A DNA stretch of 64,000 nt from an uncultured delta proteobacterium (lineage in GTDB: Bacteria > Myxococcota > Myxococcia > Myxococcales > Myxococcaceae). How positions within the stretch are numbered: position 1 is the stretch's first letter; each line of letters begins with the position of its first letter. Location of the stretch: contig CAVZMH010000016.1 in NCBI GenBank assembly GCA_963776345.1, positions 224,001-288,000 of the forward strand, written 5' to 3'. Positions 10,213 to 20,000 of this stretch are shown piece after piece. The notes beneath the pieces were generated by a model that had not been told where the DNA came from, made no database searches, and saw only the letters and a program-made list of their open reading frames with translations. Position numbers and translations under genes: made by a program.

Positions 10213-10563
10213 ATGGATCGACGGGGAGCTCTTCGCTGGGCCGTGGTGGGAAGCTTGGTCGCGCTCTCCGCGCCACGCGCGGCGGAGGAGCCGAAGCGGA
10301 TCGACATCAAGAACCTCAGCTGCGAGGCGTTCCTCGCGCAGCCCGAGGACATCCGGCCGATGCTCGTCGCCTGGGTGCACGGGTACTCGCACGCCAGCGG
10401 CGAGAACTGGGTGCTCGACCCCGCCATGGCCCGCACCTTCGTGACCTCGGTCCAGGAGCGGTGCACCAAGGCGCCGAAGGCCAGCTTCCGGTATCAGGTC
10501 CTGGAGACCGCCAAGGAGCGGCAGGCGGAGGCGAAGAAGGCGGCCAAGGCCGAGAAGAAGTGA
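10213..10563 (+). CDS. HdeA/HdeB-family periplasmic acid-stress chaperone-like protein
   Basis: Signal peptide, LSCEAFL...RPMLVAWVHG, second Cys in ERCTKAP, small helical protein. Confidence 0.65.
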   Translation: MDRRGALRWAVVGSLVALSAPRAAEEPKRIDIKNLSCEAFLAQPEDIRPMLVAWVHGYSHASGENWVLDPAMARTFVTSVQERCTKAPKASFRYQVLETAKERQAEAKKAAKAEKK

Positions 10564-10668
10564 GGCTCCGCCGACCTCGCGACGGCCGAAGCTGACGGGC
10601 CCGGAAGCGCGAGGGGATGCGACGGAAGGGTCGGATCGACAGAGGGACGCAGCGAGCGCCCCGGCGAG

Positions 10669-11488
10669 TCACTTGCCGAACTTGGAGCGCGAGGCCTTGG
10701 CGCGGATCCGTTCCACTTCTTTCTGGTCGACGTGCTTCCGGATCAGCGCCTGTACCGCGTAGCGAACCTGGCGATACTCATCGGCGCAGCCCTCGGCGCG
10801 CTCGTCCGGGAGCTTTCCCAGCTCCTTGGCGAAGGCGTAGCGCTTCGGGTCCGAGCCCCAGGCCAGGCAGAGCACGTTGTAGTACCGCTGGCGATCGATC
10901 CCATGCACGTCGGCGAAGTCGTCCTCGCCCGGCTTCCGGCCGGAGGAGTCCGTGTCGTACATGAAGGCGGTGGCGCGGAGCATTCGCTCGGCGAAGTCCC
11001 CGCCGAGCTGGATCGCGGCGTAGATCGCCACCTGGTCGGCGGCGTCCTCCTCTCGCCCAAGCACCGGAACGGCGAGGATGTTGAACACCGCGTGGGCGGT
11101 CTCGTGGAGAATGATGAACAGGAAGGGACCGATCACCGCCTGCTCCGGGGTGAGCTTGAAGCGCTCGGACTTCCCGGCGGCCTTCACGAAGTCGGCCGCC
11201 ATCTCGTAGCAGAAGGTGAGCACGTCCGTGTCACTGTCGTACCAGGCGTTGGACTCGCCGCAGCTTTCTCCCTTGAGGGTGACCGTCCTGGGGAGCTTGA
11301 GCGCCGACAGCATCTCCGCCGCGCCCTCGAGCATCGCGCCGCTCCTTCATCTTCGCCACCAGGGGAGCGAGCTCCGCGGTCTTGGCTTCCCCGTAGACGA
11401 CCTTGAACGAGGGCTTCTTGGCCGGTGAGGTCGCGCCTGCGCTCAGCAGCGCGGTCAGGAGAACCAGGGGAATGGTGCTCATCGACAT
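10669..11488 (-). CDS. DUF4344-family exported zinc metallopeptidase (frameshift near 11335)
   Basis: CGESNAWY, HETAH (HExxH), GREEDAADQ, FADVH, QRYYNVLCLAWG, RAEGC. The signal peptide lies in the upstream frame from 11488, which has a GAGGAG RBS. Confidence 0.8.
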
Positions 11489-11495
11489 GTGCTCC

Positions 11496-11912
11496 TCAGG
11501 GGTGAACGGCGGAGGAACGTCCGAGGGCGTGCATCACCGCGCCGATCAGGAGCGCCGGCTCGAACGGCTTCTGCAGGCACGGGACGTCGCCGAAGCCCCG
11601 GAGCCTGAGCGCTTCCCCGGCATCGATCCGGCCCGTGACGAAGATGGCGGGGAGCTGCTCCTTCCTGGCGCGTAGCCGTTCCAGCAGATCTGGGCCGCTC
11701 ATCCCCGGGAGCACCACGTCCACCACCAGGCAACTCGGCCGGAGCTCCTCGTAGCCGTGGAGCAGCTCCTCTGCGGTCGAGAACGACGCGACGCGGAGCC
11801 CGTCGGCGCGCAGCATCCGGCTCAGCGCTCTCCGGACGCCGGGGTCGTCATCGACGACCGCCACCGTCGGGCTCGGCAAGGGACGGGTCGAGACTCTCCG
11901 CGCCGCACACAT
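11496..11912 (-). CDS. Stand-alone response regulator receiver protein (FixJ-like REC)
   Basis: VAVVDDD, CLVVDVVLPGMSG, IFVTG, QKPF; no output domain. Confidence 0.85.
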   Translation of the reverse strand: MCAARRVSTRPLPSPTVAVVDDDPGVRRALSRMLRADGLRVASFSTAEELLHGYEELRPSCLVVDVVLPGMSGPDLLERLRARKEQLPAIFVTGRIDAGEALRLRGFGDVPCLQKPFEPALLIGAVMHALGRSSAVHP

Positions 11913-11942
11913 CCCAGTCCTCCACCACCCCAGGTTCCGCCA

Positions 11943-11989
11943 ACCCTAGGAACAGCTCGGACCGGGCTGCTATACGACGTTGGTCTCAT
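11943..11989 (-). promoter_or_regulatory. Activator box plus -10 for the REC-DUF4344 operon, between divergent genes
   Basis: Core GACGTTGGTC at 11976-11985. On the minus strand TAGGGT starts 28 nt after the core. Confidence 0.6.
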
Positions 11990-12008
11990 CCTCCGTCGGA
12001 CTCCTCGA

Positions 12009-13277
12009 ATGCCTTTCACCCTGATTGCCTTCGAGCAACCGGACCTCTTCGAGCAGCAGCTCTCCGAGCTGTCGGCGAGGTTCGTGTCGCTCCCGGCGGA
12101 GAAGGTGGACGGCGAGATTGACTGGGCGCTCCAGCTGCTGGTGCAGGCGTTGGGCATCGACAGGAGCAGCCTGGCCGAGCTGTCGGGGGACCAGCAGCGC
12201 ATCGAGGTTACCCACAGCCATTCCAACGACTCGACTCACCTGTTCGTCCAGGGAGACCTGGCTGCGGTCCTCCCCTGGTACGCGGCCAGGCTCCGCCAGG
12301 GCGAAATCCTGCGCTTCGACCGGCTTCCGGACGACCTTCCACCGGAGGCCAGCGCCGAACGGGAGTACTGCACTCGTGCAGGGTTACGCTCGCAGCTGAC
12401 CATTCCCTTCAGGGTGGGAGATCGCTTCCTCGGCGCGATCGGGTTCGCTTCCTTCCACCGGGAGGTCAACTGGTCGCCCCGCGTCATCCGCTCTCTGCGC
12501 CTGATCAGCGAGGTCTTCGCCAACGCCATCGCCAGGAAGGAGGCGGCGCACGCAGAGGCCCGGCTCCGGGAGCAGCTCGCGCACAGCGCCCGGGTGAATG
12601 CCGTGGGCGAGGTGGTGGCCTCCATCGCCCACGAGGTGAACCAGCCGCTCTTCGCCATCGTCAGCAACGCGCGGGCAGCCGGACAGCTGCTGGCCAGGGA
12701 GGTCCCGGACCTGGCTGAGATCGGAGCGGCGCTGGAAGACATCGTCCAGGATGCGAATCGGGCGAGCGCCGTCATCGCCCGCGTCCGGGGGTTTCTCCAG
12801 CAGAGACCCACCGAGCACCTGCCGATCGACGTGAGGACGGTGGTGGAGACGGTGGTGGCCTTTCTCGGCCCCGAGCTCGCGCGACGCCGGGTCAAGGTGG
12901 CGACGATCCTCGCCGAGGGCCTCCCTCCCATCCGGGGCGACGCCGTGCAGCTCCAGCAGGTCGTGGTCAATCTCCTGATCAACGGCGCCGATGCAATGGA
13001 GCGCCTGGATCCGAAGAAGCGGCGGATCGAGGTTCGGACCGAGCGCGACGGCGCCGAGCGAGTCCGCATCGACGTCGTGGACCACGGGCACGGCCTGGAC
13101 GACGCATCACGCCACCGTCTCTTCGAGGCCTTCTTCACCACCAAGCCCCAGGGGCTCGGCATGGGGCTCGCGATCTGCAAGTCCATCGTCGAGGCCCACG
13201 GTGGGCGGATCGCGCCGCTGGCGCAGCCTGGGCCGGGAACGACGATGCAGATCTGGCTCCCGGTCCATCGCGCTTGA
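12009..13277 (+). CDS. Cytoplasmic GAF-domain sensor histidine kinase
   Basis: GAF region, H-box SIAHEVNQPL, N-box QVVVNLLING, DHGHG, FFTTKPQGLGMGL; no TM helix. Confidence 0.9.
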   Translation: MPFTLIAFEQPDLFEQQLSELSARFVSLPAEKVDGEIDWALQLLVQALGIDRSSLAELSGDQQRIEVTHSHSNDSTHLFVQGDLAAVLPWYAARLRQGEILRFDRLPDDLPPEASAEREYCTRAGLRSQLTIPFRVGDRFLGAIGFASFHREVNWSPRVIRSLRLISEVFANAIARKEAAHAEARLREQLAHSARVNAVGEVVASIAHEVNQPLFAIVSNARAAGQLLAREVPDLAEIGAALEDIVQDANRASAVIARVRGFLQQRPTEHLPIDVRTVVETVVAFLGPELARRRVKVATILAEGLPPIRGDAVQLQQVVVNLLINGADAMERLDPKKRRIEVRTERDGAERVRIDVVDHGHGLDDASRHRLFEAFFTTKPQGLGMGLAICKSIVEAHGGRIAPLAQPGPGTTMQIWLPVHRA

Positions 13278-13399
13278 TCCGCGGACCGGTGCCGCCGGGG
13301 CGCAGGATTTGCGCGGCCGCGCGCCGACCGTCGCCCGATCTTCCAGGGGGTTCAAACGCCTCGTGCCCGCGCGGCATGCTTCGTGTATAGGGCCAATCC

Positions 13400-14071
13400 G
13401 TGGACATCCTGACTGATCTGCTTCCCTCCCCCGTTCCCGGTGCAGGCTCCTGGCCCGAAGTCTGGGTTCTGGATGATGACCCCGGGGTCCGTTCAGCGCT
13501 CGGACGGCTCCTGCGCTCGACGGCGCTCGCGGTCCAGACGTTCGGCTCGGCCGGCGAGTTGCTGCAGCAGCTCGAGCACCAGAGGCCACGCTGTCTGATC
13601 CTCGACCTCGCCCTTCCCGAGGTCACCGGCCTGGAGCTGCTGCACCTGCTCCAGTCGCGTGGCGAGGCCATCCCCGTGATCTTCGTCAGCGGCGAGGGAG
13701 ACGTGGGCAGCAGCGTGGAGGCGATGAAGGCAGGGGCCATCGACTTCCTGGAGAAGCCCGTGGACGCCGACGCCCTCCTCTCGGCCGTGATGCGTGCGCT
13801 GGCCCAGGAGGCGGAGTGGCGCCAGGCCCGGTCGACGATGGACGACGCCGCCCGGCTCCTCACCCGGCTGACCCCGCGCGAGCGGGAGGTCCTCTGTCAC
13901 GTGGCCAGGGGCAAGTCCAACAAGCGGATCGCCGCGGACCTCGGGACGAGCGAGAAGACCATCAAGGTCCACCGCGGGCGGGTGATGCACAAGCTCGGGG
14001 CCGGCTCCGTGGTCGACCTGGTGCACCTCGCCGAGCGATCGGGCGTCCTGCCGAGCGCCCTGCGCGCGTAG
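13400..14071 (+). CDS. FixJ/NodW/TodT-family response regulator (REC plus LuxR HTH)
   Basis: LDDD, ILDLALP, AMKAGAIDFLEKP, LTPREREV...NKRIAADLGTSEKTIKVHRGRVMHKL. Confidence 0.92.
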   Translation: MDILTDLLPSPVPGAGSWPEVWVLDDDPGVRSALGRLLRSTALAVQTFGSAGELLQQLEHQRPRCLILDLALPEVTGLELLHLLQSRGEAIPVIFVSGEGDVGSSVEAMKAGAIDFLEKPVDADALLSAVMRALAQEAEWRQARSTMDDAARLLTRLTPREREVLCHVARGKSNKRIAADLGTSEKTIKVHRGRVMHKLGAGSVVDLVHLAERSGVLPSALRA

Positions 14072-14088
14072 CCGCGCTGGCCAGACAA

Positions 14089-14123
14089 CCCGCGGGCGGA
14101 GCTTCCACCCGCGGGCTTCCATG
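14089..14123 (+). repeat. 35-bp direct repeat copy 1 (contains a hairpin)
   Basis: CCCGCGGGCGGAGCTTCCACCCGCGGGCTTCCATG, identical to 14893-14927. Confidence 0.9.
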
Positions 14124-14168
14124 GTGGTGAACCTGGTCCACCTCAGCGAGCTCTCCGTGGGGGGATAG
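14121..14168 (+). pseudogene. Remnant 3' tail of a FixJ-like regulator gene
   Basis: Reads MVVNLVHLSELSVGG*, resembling SVVDLVHLAERSGV at the end of the 13400 regulator. The DNA is also similar. Confidence 0.55.
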
Positions 14169-14188
14169 GCACCGACCGGGAGCGCGTC

Positions 14189-14232
14189 CGACCAAGATCC
14201 CAGTGACCTCTCCCGGGTTCCTCGCCTAGGGT
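14189..14232 (+). promoter_or_regulatory. Activator box plus -10 for the 14260 gene
   Basis: Core GACCAAGATC at 14190-14199, then GTGACC-N18-TAGGGT (-10 starts 28 nt after the core). Confidence 0.6.
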
Positions 14233-14259
14233 CGACCGAAGCCCGGGAGGACCGCACCG

Positions 14260-14883
14260 ATGAGCAGGACTCTCCGTCTGGCCACCATCCTCTCCCTCTG
14301 GGTCGGCGTGGTATCCCCGGCAACCGCCTCGGAGTCGTCGTCACCGACCGTCGGCGTCGGGGCGGGAGTGAACCTGGGGAACCTGTTCTCGGGCGGCTCG
14401 CTGTCGGCGTCGCCGGTCGCGGTGTACGTCCCGATCAACCTCGGCGACTCGTTTCGGATCGAGCCGTCGGTGGGCTACTGGTACGTCACCAGGGGAACCA
14501 CCGTCTCCGCGCCCGGCGGCCTGCTGTCCAAGGGCGGCTACATGGTGGAAGCGGCGGTGGGCGCCTTCTACCTCCTGCACCCTTCCCAACCCTTCACCGT
14601 GTACCTCGGTGGGAGGCTCGGGATCGCGTTCGTGGGCCACAGCTACTCCAACACCGAGGGGACGACCGTCACCTCGGCGAGCCAGTACAACGTCTTCGTC
14701 AATCCCACGCTCGGGCTCGAGTGGGCGGTGAGCCGTCACTTCTCGGTCGGAGCAGAGGCTGCCACGGCGTTCCACTTCTATTCCGACCCCAGCCTCAGCG
14801 TGGGGGACAGCTCGAGCTCGCTCAGCAGCAGCCGCTTCGGCACGGGCCTCGAGGCCATCGTGCTCCTGCGCCTGTACTTCTAG
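14260..14883 (+). CDS. Outer-membrane beta-barrel protein (OmpA-like 8-stranded)
   Basis: Signal peptide, amphipathic strands, LGLEWAVSRHFSVGAE, C-terminal LRLYF. Confidence 0.8.
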   Translation: MSRTLRLATILSLWVGVVSPATASESSSPTVGVGAGVNLGNLFSGGSLSASPVAVYVPINLGDSFRIEPSVGYWYVTRGTTVSAPGGLLSKGGYMVEAAVGAFYLLHPSQPFTVYLGGRLGIAFVGHSYSNTEGTTVTSASQYNVFVNPTLGLEWAVSRHFSVGAEAATAFHFYSDPSLSVGDSSSSLSSSRFGTGLEAIVLLRLYF

Positions 14884-14892
14884 AGAGAGGGG

Positions 14893-14927
14893 CCCGCGGG
14901 CGGAGCTTCCACCCGCGGGCTTCCATG
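14893..14927 (+). repeat. 35-bp direct repeat copy 2
   Basis: Identical to 14089-14123. Confidence 0.9.
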
Positions 14928-14959
14928 CGCGCGGCGCCGGATTCAGCTCCGGGCGCCGG

Positions 14960-15598
14960 TCACTTCGCGGGGGGCGGAGCCTTGGCGGGCGCCTTCTTCT
15001 TCGCCGGCGGCTTCTTCGGAGCCGCGGGCTGCACGGAGAGCGCCAGCGCCTCGGAGTACCGGGCGGTGATGGTGTCGCCGACCTTCACCTTCTCCCACCG
15101 CTCCGGATGCTGCATCTGGACCTCCACCGTGTTGCCACCGGAGCCCTTGATGGTGGCGATCTTGTGCTCCATGTCGATCGCCTCCACGATGCCCGTCAGC
15201 GTCACCGTCCGGGCCACCACGCCCTCGGGCTTCTTCCCGAGCTCGGAGCGCTCCATGGCCGTCGCCTCGGTGGGCTGCGGGAGCGGCTTGGTCGGGTCGG
15301 TCTCGGTGACCTCGACCGCGAGCGCCTCCTGGTACTGCACGATGACCTCGTCCCCGACCTTCACCTGAGGCAGGTTGCGCGCCTCCTTGCCCACCGTGAA
15401 GGCGTGGGTCTTCCCGTCGGCGGTCTCCAGCACCACGTGCCGGGTGGCCTGGTCGATCTCCTTCACCGTGGCCTTGACCGTCTTGATGTCCTTCTTCGAG
15501 TACGAGGCCTTGGGAGCCTTCGCCGGGGTCTCGGCCGCGAGGGCCGGGACGAAGGCCGCCAGCGCGGCGGCCAGGACTGCGGAGTTCAACGAACGCAT
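14960..15598 (-). CDS. Exported protein with two tandem OB-fold-like repeats
   Basis: Signal peptide. Repeated ATVKEID..TRHVVL...VKVGDEV / GIVEAID..KIATI...VKVGDTI, each ending in Y.EALA. Confidence 0.75.
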   Translation of the reverse strand: MRSLNSAVLAAALAAFVPALAAETPAKAPKASYSKKDIKTVKATVKEIDQATRHVVLETADGKTHAFTVGKEARNLPQVKVGDEVIVQYQEALAVEVTETDPTKPLPQPTEATAMERSELGKKPEGVVARTVTLTGIVEAIDMEHKIATIKGSGGNTVEVQMQHPERWEKVKVGDTITARYSEALALSVQPAAPKKPPAKKKAPAKAPPPAK

Positions 15599-15620
15599 CG
15601 AGTTCCTCCTTGGGTGACTG

Positions 15621-17066
15621 CTACCGCGGCTGATCCGCCGTGGGTTCGACAGGGGCCGGCGCCTCGGGCGGCGGGAGCTGCCAGCCGCCTCCGAGCGCCC
15701 GGTAAAGGGTGATGAACGCTGCCGTCCGCTGCGCGCGGACGGAGGTCAGGTTCAGCTCGGCCGGGAACAGGAGGTTCTGGGTATAGGTCACCTCGAGGTA
15801 GTTCGACACCCCGCCGTAGAACCGGTCCTCCGCCAGGCCCAGCGCTTCGGTGAGGCTCACCACCTGCTCCTCCCGCTGCTGGACGATGCCGTCAAGCCGC
15901 TGGACGTCATTCAGTCCGTCCGCCACCTCGCGAAAGGCGTTGAGCACCGTCTGCTCGTAGGTGTTCTTCGCCTCCTCCCACTGCGCGGAGGCGGCCTCCG
16001 CCTGCCCCCGCAGCGCGTCGCCCTGGAGGATGGGAGCGAGCCAGCTCGCGTTGCCTCCCACCCCCCAGACGAAGGACTTCGAGGGATCGAAGAGCTTGGT
16101 CAAGTCCGGAGAGGCGAGCCCGGCAAACGCGGTCAGGCTGAAGCGCGGGAAGAAGTCGGCCTTGGCTACCCCGATGCGGGCGTTGGCCGCGACCAGACGC
16201 TGCTCCACGGAGAGGACGTCGGGCCGGCGCTCGAGCAGCGTCGAGGGCAGGCCAGCCGGCACCGGCCCCGTGTCGTGGAGGCCGGGGACCACCTTCGACC
16301 GGGCGATGGGTCCGGGTGGGCGGCCCACCAGCAGCGACAGGAGGTTCTCCTGCCGCACGATGAGCCGTTCGGTGTCCTGGACCACCGCCTGGGCGTCGTG
16401 GACCTGGGCGCGCCCCGTGGTCACCGACAGCTTGTTCCCTGCCCCGCCCTGCAGCTGGTCGGTGTAGAGCTGCAGCGTGCGCTGGTAGTTCAGGACGGTG
16501 CGCCGGGCCACGTCGACCTGCGCATCGAGCTGCCGCAGCTGCACGTACGCCAGCGCGACATCGGCCACCAGGCTCACGGTGGCTGCGCGGCGCCCCTCCT
16601 CGGTGGCCAGGTACTCGGCGACCGATGCCTCGGTGCCACGGCGGATCCGGCCCCAGACGTCGATCTCCCAGGAGAGCTGGGCGTCGACCTCGAAGGCCGC
16701 GCCCGTCTTCGGGTCCTCGCTGGGGAAGGCCAGGTTTCCGCGCCCGTAGCTCGCCCCGGCATTGGCGCCCACCGCCGGGAGGATCTGCGCTTTCTGGATG
16801 CGGGCCAACGCCCGGGCCTGCTCCACCCGGGCCACCGCCGCGCGGAGGTCCCGGTTGTTCTGAACCGCCTCGCCGATGAGCGACTGCAGCTCCGGGTCCT
16901 TGAACACCGTCCACCACGGCAGGTCGGCGATGGTCGCAGTGTCCGTGGTGGGGGTCTGGTCCCGGTAGGCGGCCGGGGTCGGGACCACCGGTCGCTGGTA
17001 GTCCGGCCCCATCAGGCAGCTGGTGGTGGACAGCGCCAGGGTCACCGCGAGGAGCGCTCTCTTCAC
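15621..17066 (-). CDS. RND efflux outer-membrane lipoprotein (NodT/OprM family)
   Basis: Lipobox TTSC-LMGPDYQRP, WEIDVWGRIRR, PSTLLERRPDV, LYRALGGGW. Confidence 0.95.
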   Translation of the reverse strand: MKRALLAVTLALSTTSCLMGPDYQRPVVPTPAAYRDQTPTTDTATIADLPWWTVFKDPELQSLIGEAVQNNRDLRAAVARVEQARALARIQKAQILPAVGANAGASYGRGNLAFPSEDPKTGAAFEVDAQLSWEIDVWGRIRRGTEASVAEYLATEEGRRAATVSLVADVALAYVQLRQLDAQVDVARRTVLNYQRTLQLYTDQLQGGAGNKLSVTTGRAQVHDAQAVVQDTERLIVRQENLLSLLVGRPPGPIARSKVVPGLHDTGPVPAGLPSTLLERRPDVLSVEQRLVAANARIGVAKADFFPRFSLTAFAGLASPDLTKLFDPSKSFVWGVGGNASWLAPILQGDALRGQAEAASAQWEEAKNTYEQTVLNAFREVADGLNDVQRLDGIVQQREEQVVSLTEALGLAEDRFYGGVSNYLEVTYTQNLLFPAELNLTSVRAQRTAAFITLYRALGGGWQLPPPEAPAPVEPTADQPR

Positions 17067-20000
17067 GGCTCACCCTGAGCGACGGCGGTCGCCCCTCCTC
17101 CATGAGCCACGGTGGGCGTTGGCGCGGGACCCTTCTTCTCGCCCACGATCTTCCCCACCATCACGAAGAGCACCGGGATGATGAAGACGCCGAGTCCCGT
17201 CACCAGCGACATCCCGGCGATCACCGCCGTCCCGAGGATCCGCCGGGACGCCGCCCCGGCGCCGGCTGCCGTCCAGAGCGGCACGCAGCCGAGGATGAAG
17301 GCGAAGGAGGTCATGAGAATCGGCCGCAACCGGAGCCTGGCCCCCTCCAGCGCCGCCTCGACCAGCGGCTTGCCCTGGTCGTGCTGCATCTTGGCGAACT
17401 CGACGATCAGGATGGCGTTCTTCGCCGCCAGGCCGATCAGCATCACCAGGCCGATCTGCCCGTAGACGTCGAAGTCGAACCTGCGAACCATCAGCCCGAT
17501 GAACGCGCCCAGCACCGCGATCGGAGTGCTGAGGAGCACGCTGAACGGGAGCGACCAGCTCTCGTAGAGCGCGGCCAGGATGAGGAACACGAACACCAGG
17601 CTCATCCCGAAGACGGCCAGCGTCCCTCCCTCGGAGGCCTTCTGCTGGAACGAGAGGTTGGTCCAGGCGGTGCCGATCTCCGGAGGCAAGGTCTGCGCCG
17701 CCACCTCCTCGAAGGCCTTGAGCGCCTGACCGGAGCTGACTCCAGGAGCCACGCTCCCGATGACTTCGGCCGATCGAAAGAGGTTGAAGCGGACGGTGTA
17801 CTCGGGGCCGCTCACGTTCTTGACCGTGACCAGGGTCGAGAGGGGCACCATCTCACCCTTGCTGTTGCGGACGTAGAAGTTGCGGATGTCCTCCGCCTTG
17901 ATGCGCGACTCACCCTCGGACTGGAGGAAGACCTTCCACTGCCGGCCGAAGCGGGTGAAGTCGTTCACGTAGCTCCCGCCGAGGAAGGCCTGCATGGCCC
18001 CGTAGAGGTCCGTCAGCGCCACGCCCTGCTTCAGGACCTTGTCCTTGTCCACCTCGACGAAGATCTGCGGCACCGCGGGCGAGAAGTTGGCGGTCACCGC
18101 CTGGAACTCGGGGCGCTTCCGGGCCGCGGCCAGGAACTTGTTCACGTTCTCCGCCAGGAACTCGACCGACTTGCCACTCCGGTCCTGGATCATCATGTCC
18201 GCGCCGCCGGCGGTTCCGATGCCGGGAATGGCCGGAGGACCGAAGGCCAGGATGCGCGCTTCCGGAATCTGCGAGAAGGCGATGTTGAGCGCGCGGATGA
18301 TCCCCGCCGCCGATTCGTTCTCGTGCTTCCTCTCCGCCCACTCGTGGAAGGCGATGAAGACCGTCCCGGCGTAGCTCGCGGCGGTGCCGGTGAGGATGTT
18401 GTATCCGCTGATCACGGTGTAGCTCCGGATGCCCGGAGTCTTGGCCATGATCTCCTCGATCTTCTTCCCCACCTGCTTCGTGCGCTGGAGCGAGGCCGCA
18501 TCCGGCAGCTGGATGAAGGCGAGGGCGTAGCCCTGGTCCTCGTCGGGGACGAAGCCTGCGGGAATCCTCGAGCCGAAGAAGCCCGCCAGCACCGTTACGC
18601 CCCCGAGCAGCACCAAGGAGAGCACCATCTTCCGGACCATCCGCCCCGTGATGCTCACGTATCCGCCGGTCATCCGGTCGAACCAGGTGTTGAACTTGCC
18701 GCCCAGCCGCGCCACGAGACCCTGCTTCCCTTCCTCCTTGGGCTTGAGCAGCAGCGCCGAGAGCGCGGGGCTGAGGGTCAGGGCGTTGAACGCCGAGATG
18801 AGTACCGAGATGGCGATGGTGAGCGCGAACTGCTGGTACAGCCGGCCGGTGATGCCTCCGATGAAGGCCACCGGGATGAACACCGCGGAGAGGATGAGCG
18901 CGATGCCGATCACCGGACCCTGGACCTCGTGCATCGCCTTGAGTGTGGCCTCCTTCGGAGACAGCCCGTGGTGGATGTGTGACTCGACCGCCTCCACCAC
19001 CACGATCGCGTCGTCGACCACCAGACCGATGGCCAGGATGAGGCCGAACAGGGAGAGGGTGTTCAGCGAGAACCCCAGCATGGGGAACACCGCGAACGTG
19101 CCTACCAGCGACACCGGGACCGCGAGCAGCGGGATCAGCGTCGCCCTCCAGCTCTGGAGGAAGATGAAGACCACGATGATCACCAGGACCATCGCCTCGA
19201 GCAGCGTCTTCACGATCTCGTCCATGCCCTCGGTGATGGGCAGGGTCGTGTCGAGCGCGACCTCGTAGTCCAGGCCCTGGGGGAAGTCCTTCTTCAGCCC
19301 TGCCATCGTGGCCTTGATTCCGTCACCGACCTTGAGAGCGTTCGACCCGGGCGTCTGGTAGATGGAGATGACGCCGCCGGCCTTGCCGTTGTAGCGCCCA
19401 TCTTGCTGGTAGTTCAGCGAGCCCAGCTCGATGCGGGCCACGTCCTTGAGCCGCACCTGCGAGCCGTCCGGATTGGCGCGGACGACGATCTCTCCGAACT
19501 CCTCGGGGGTCACCAGCCGGCCCTGGGCGCGGACGGCGTAGGTGAACTTCTGTCCCTCCGGCGCCGGCTCGCCGCCGATCTGCCCGGCCGGGTTCACCAC
19601 GTTCTGCGTCTTGATGGCGGACTGGATCTCGTTGATGGTCAGATTGAGGCGGGTGAGCGTGTCCGGCTTCACCCAGATCCGCATCGCGTAGTCCGACGAG
19701 CCGAAGAGCACCACGTCGCCGACGCCCGGAACGCGCTTCAGCGCGTCGATGACGTTGATGGTGGCGTAGTTCCCGAGGAACCGCGCGTCGTAGCGATTGT
19801 CGGGCGAGAACAGCGAGACGATGATCAGCGGGAACGGCAGCTTCTTCTTGATCGTGACGCCGTAGTTCTTGACCTCCTGGGGCAGCGTCGCCTGCGCCTG
19901 GCTGTACCGGTTCTGGACCAGGACGTTGTCGATGTCGACGTTGGTCCCGAGCGCGAAGGTGACGATCTGGGTCAGCGTGCCGTCGTTGGCGTTGGTGCTC

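Noticed and set aside
13345..13359. AGGGGGTTCAAACGC resembling an ISCR oriIS
   Set aside because: Short isolated match between two intact signalling genes, with no transposase remnant nearby.
14210..14249. Inverted repeat CTCCCGGG...CCCGGGAG covering the RBS of the 14260 gene
   Set aside because: The predicted -10 lies inside it, so the 5' arm would not be in the transcript; not supportable as an RNA switch.
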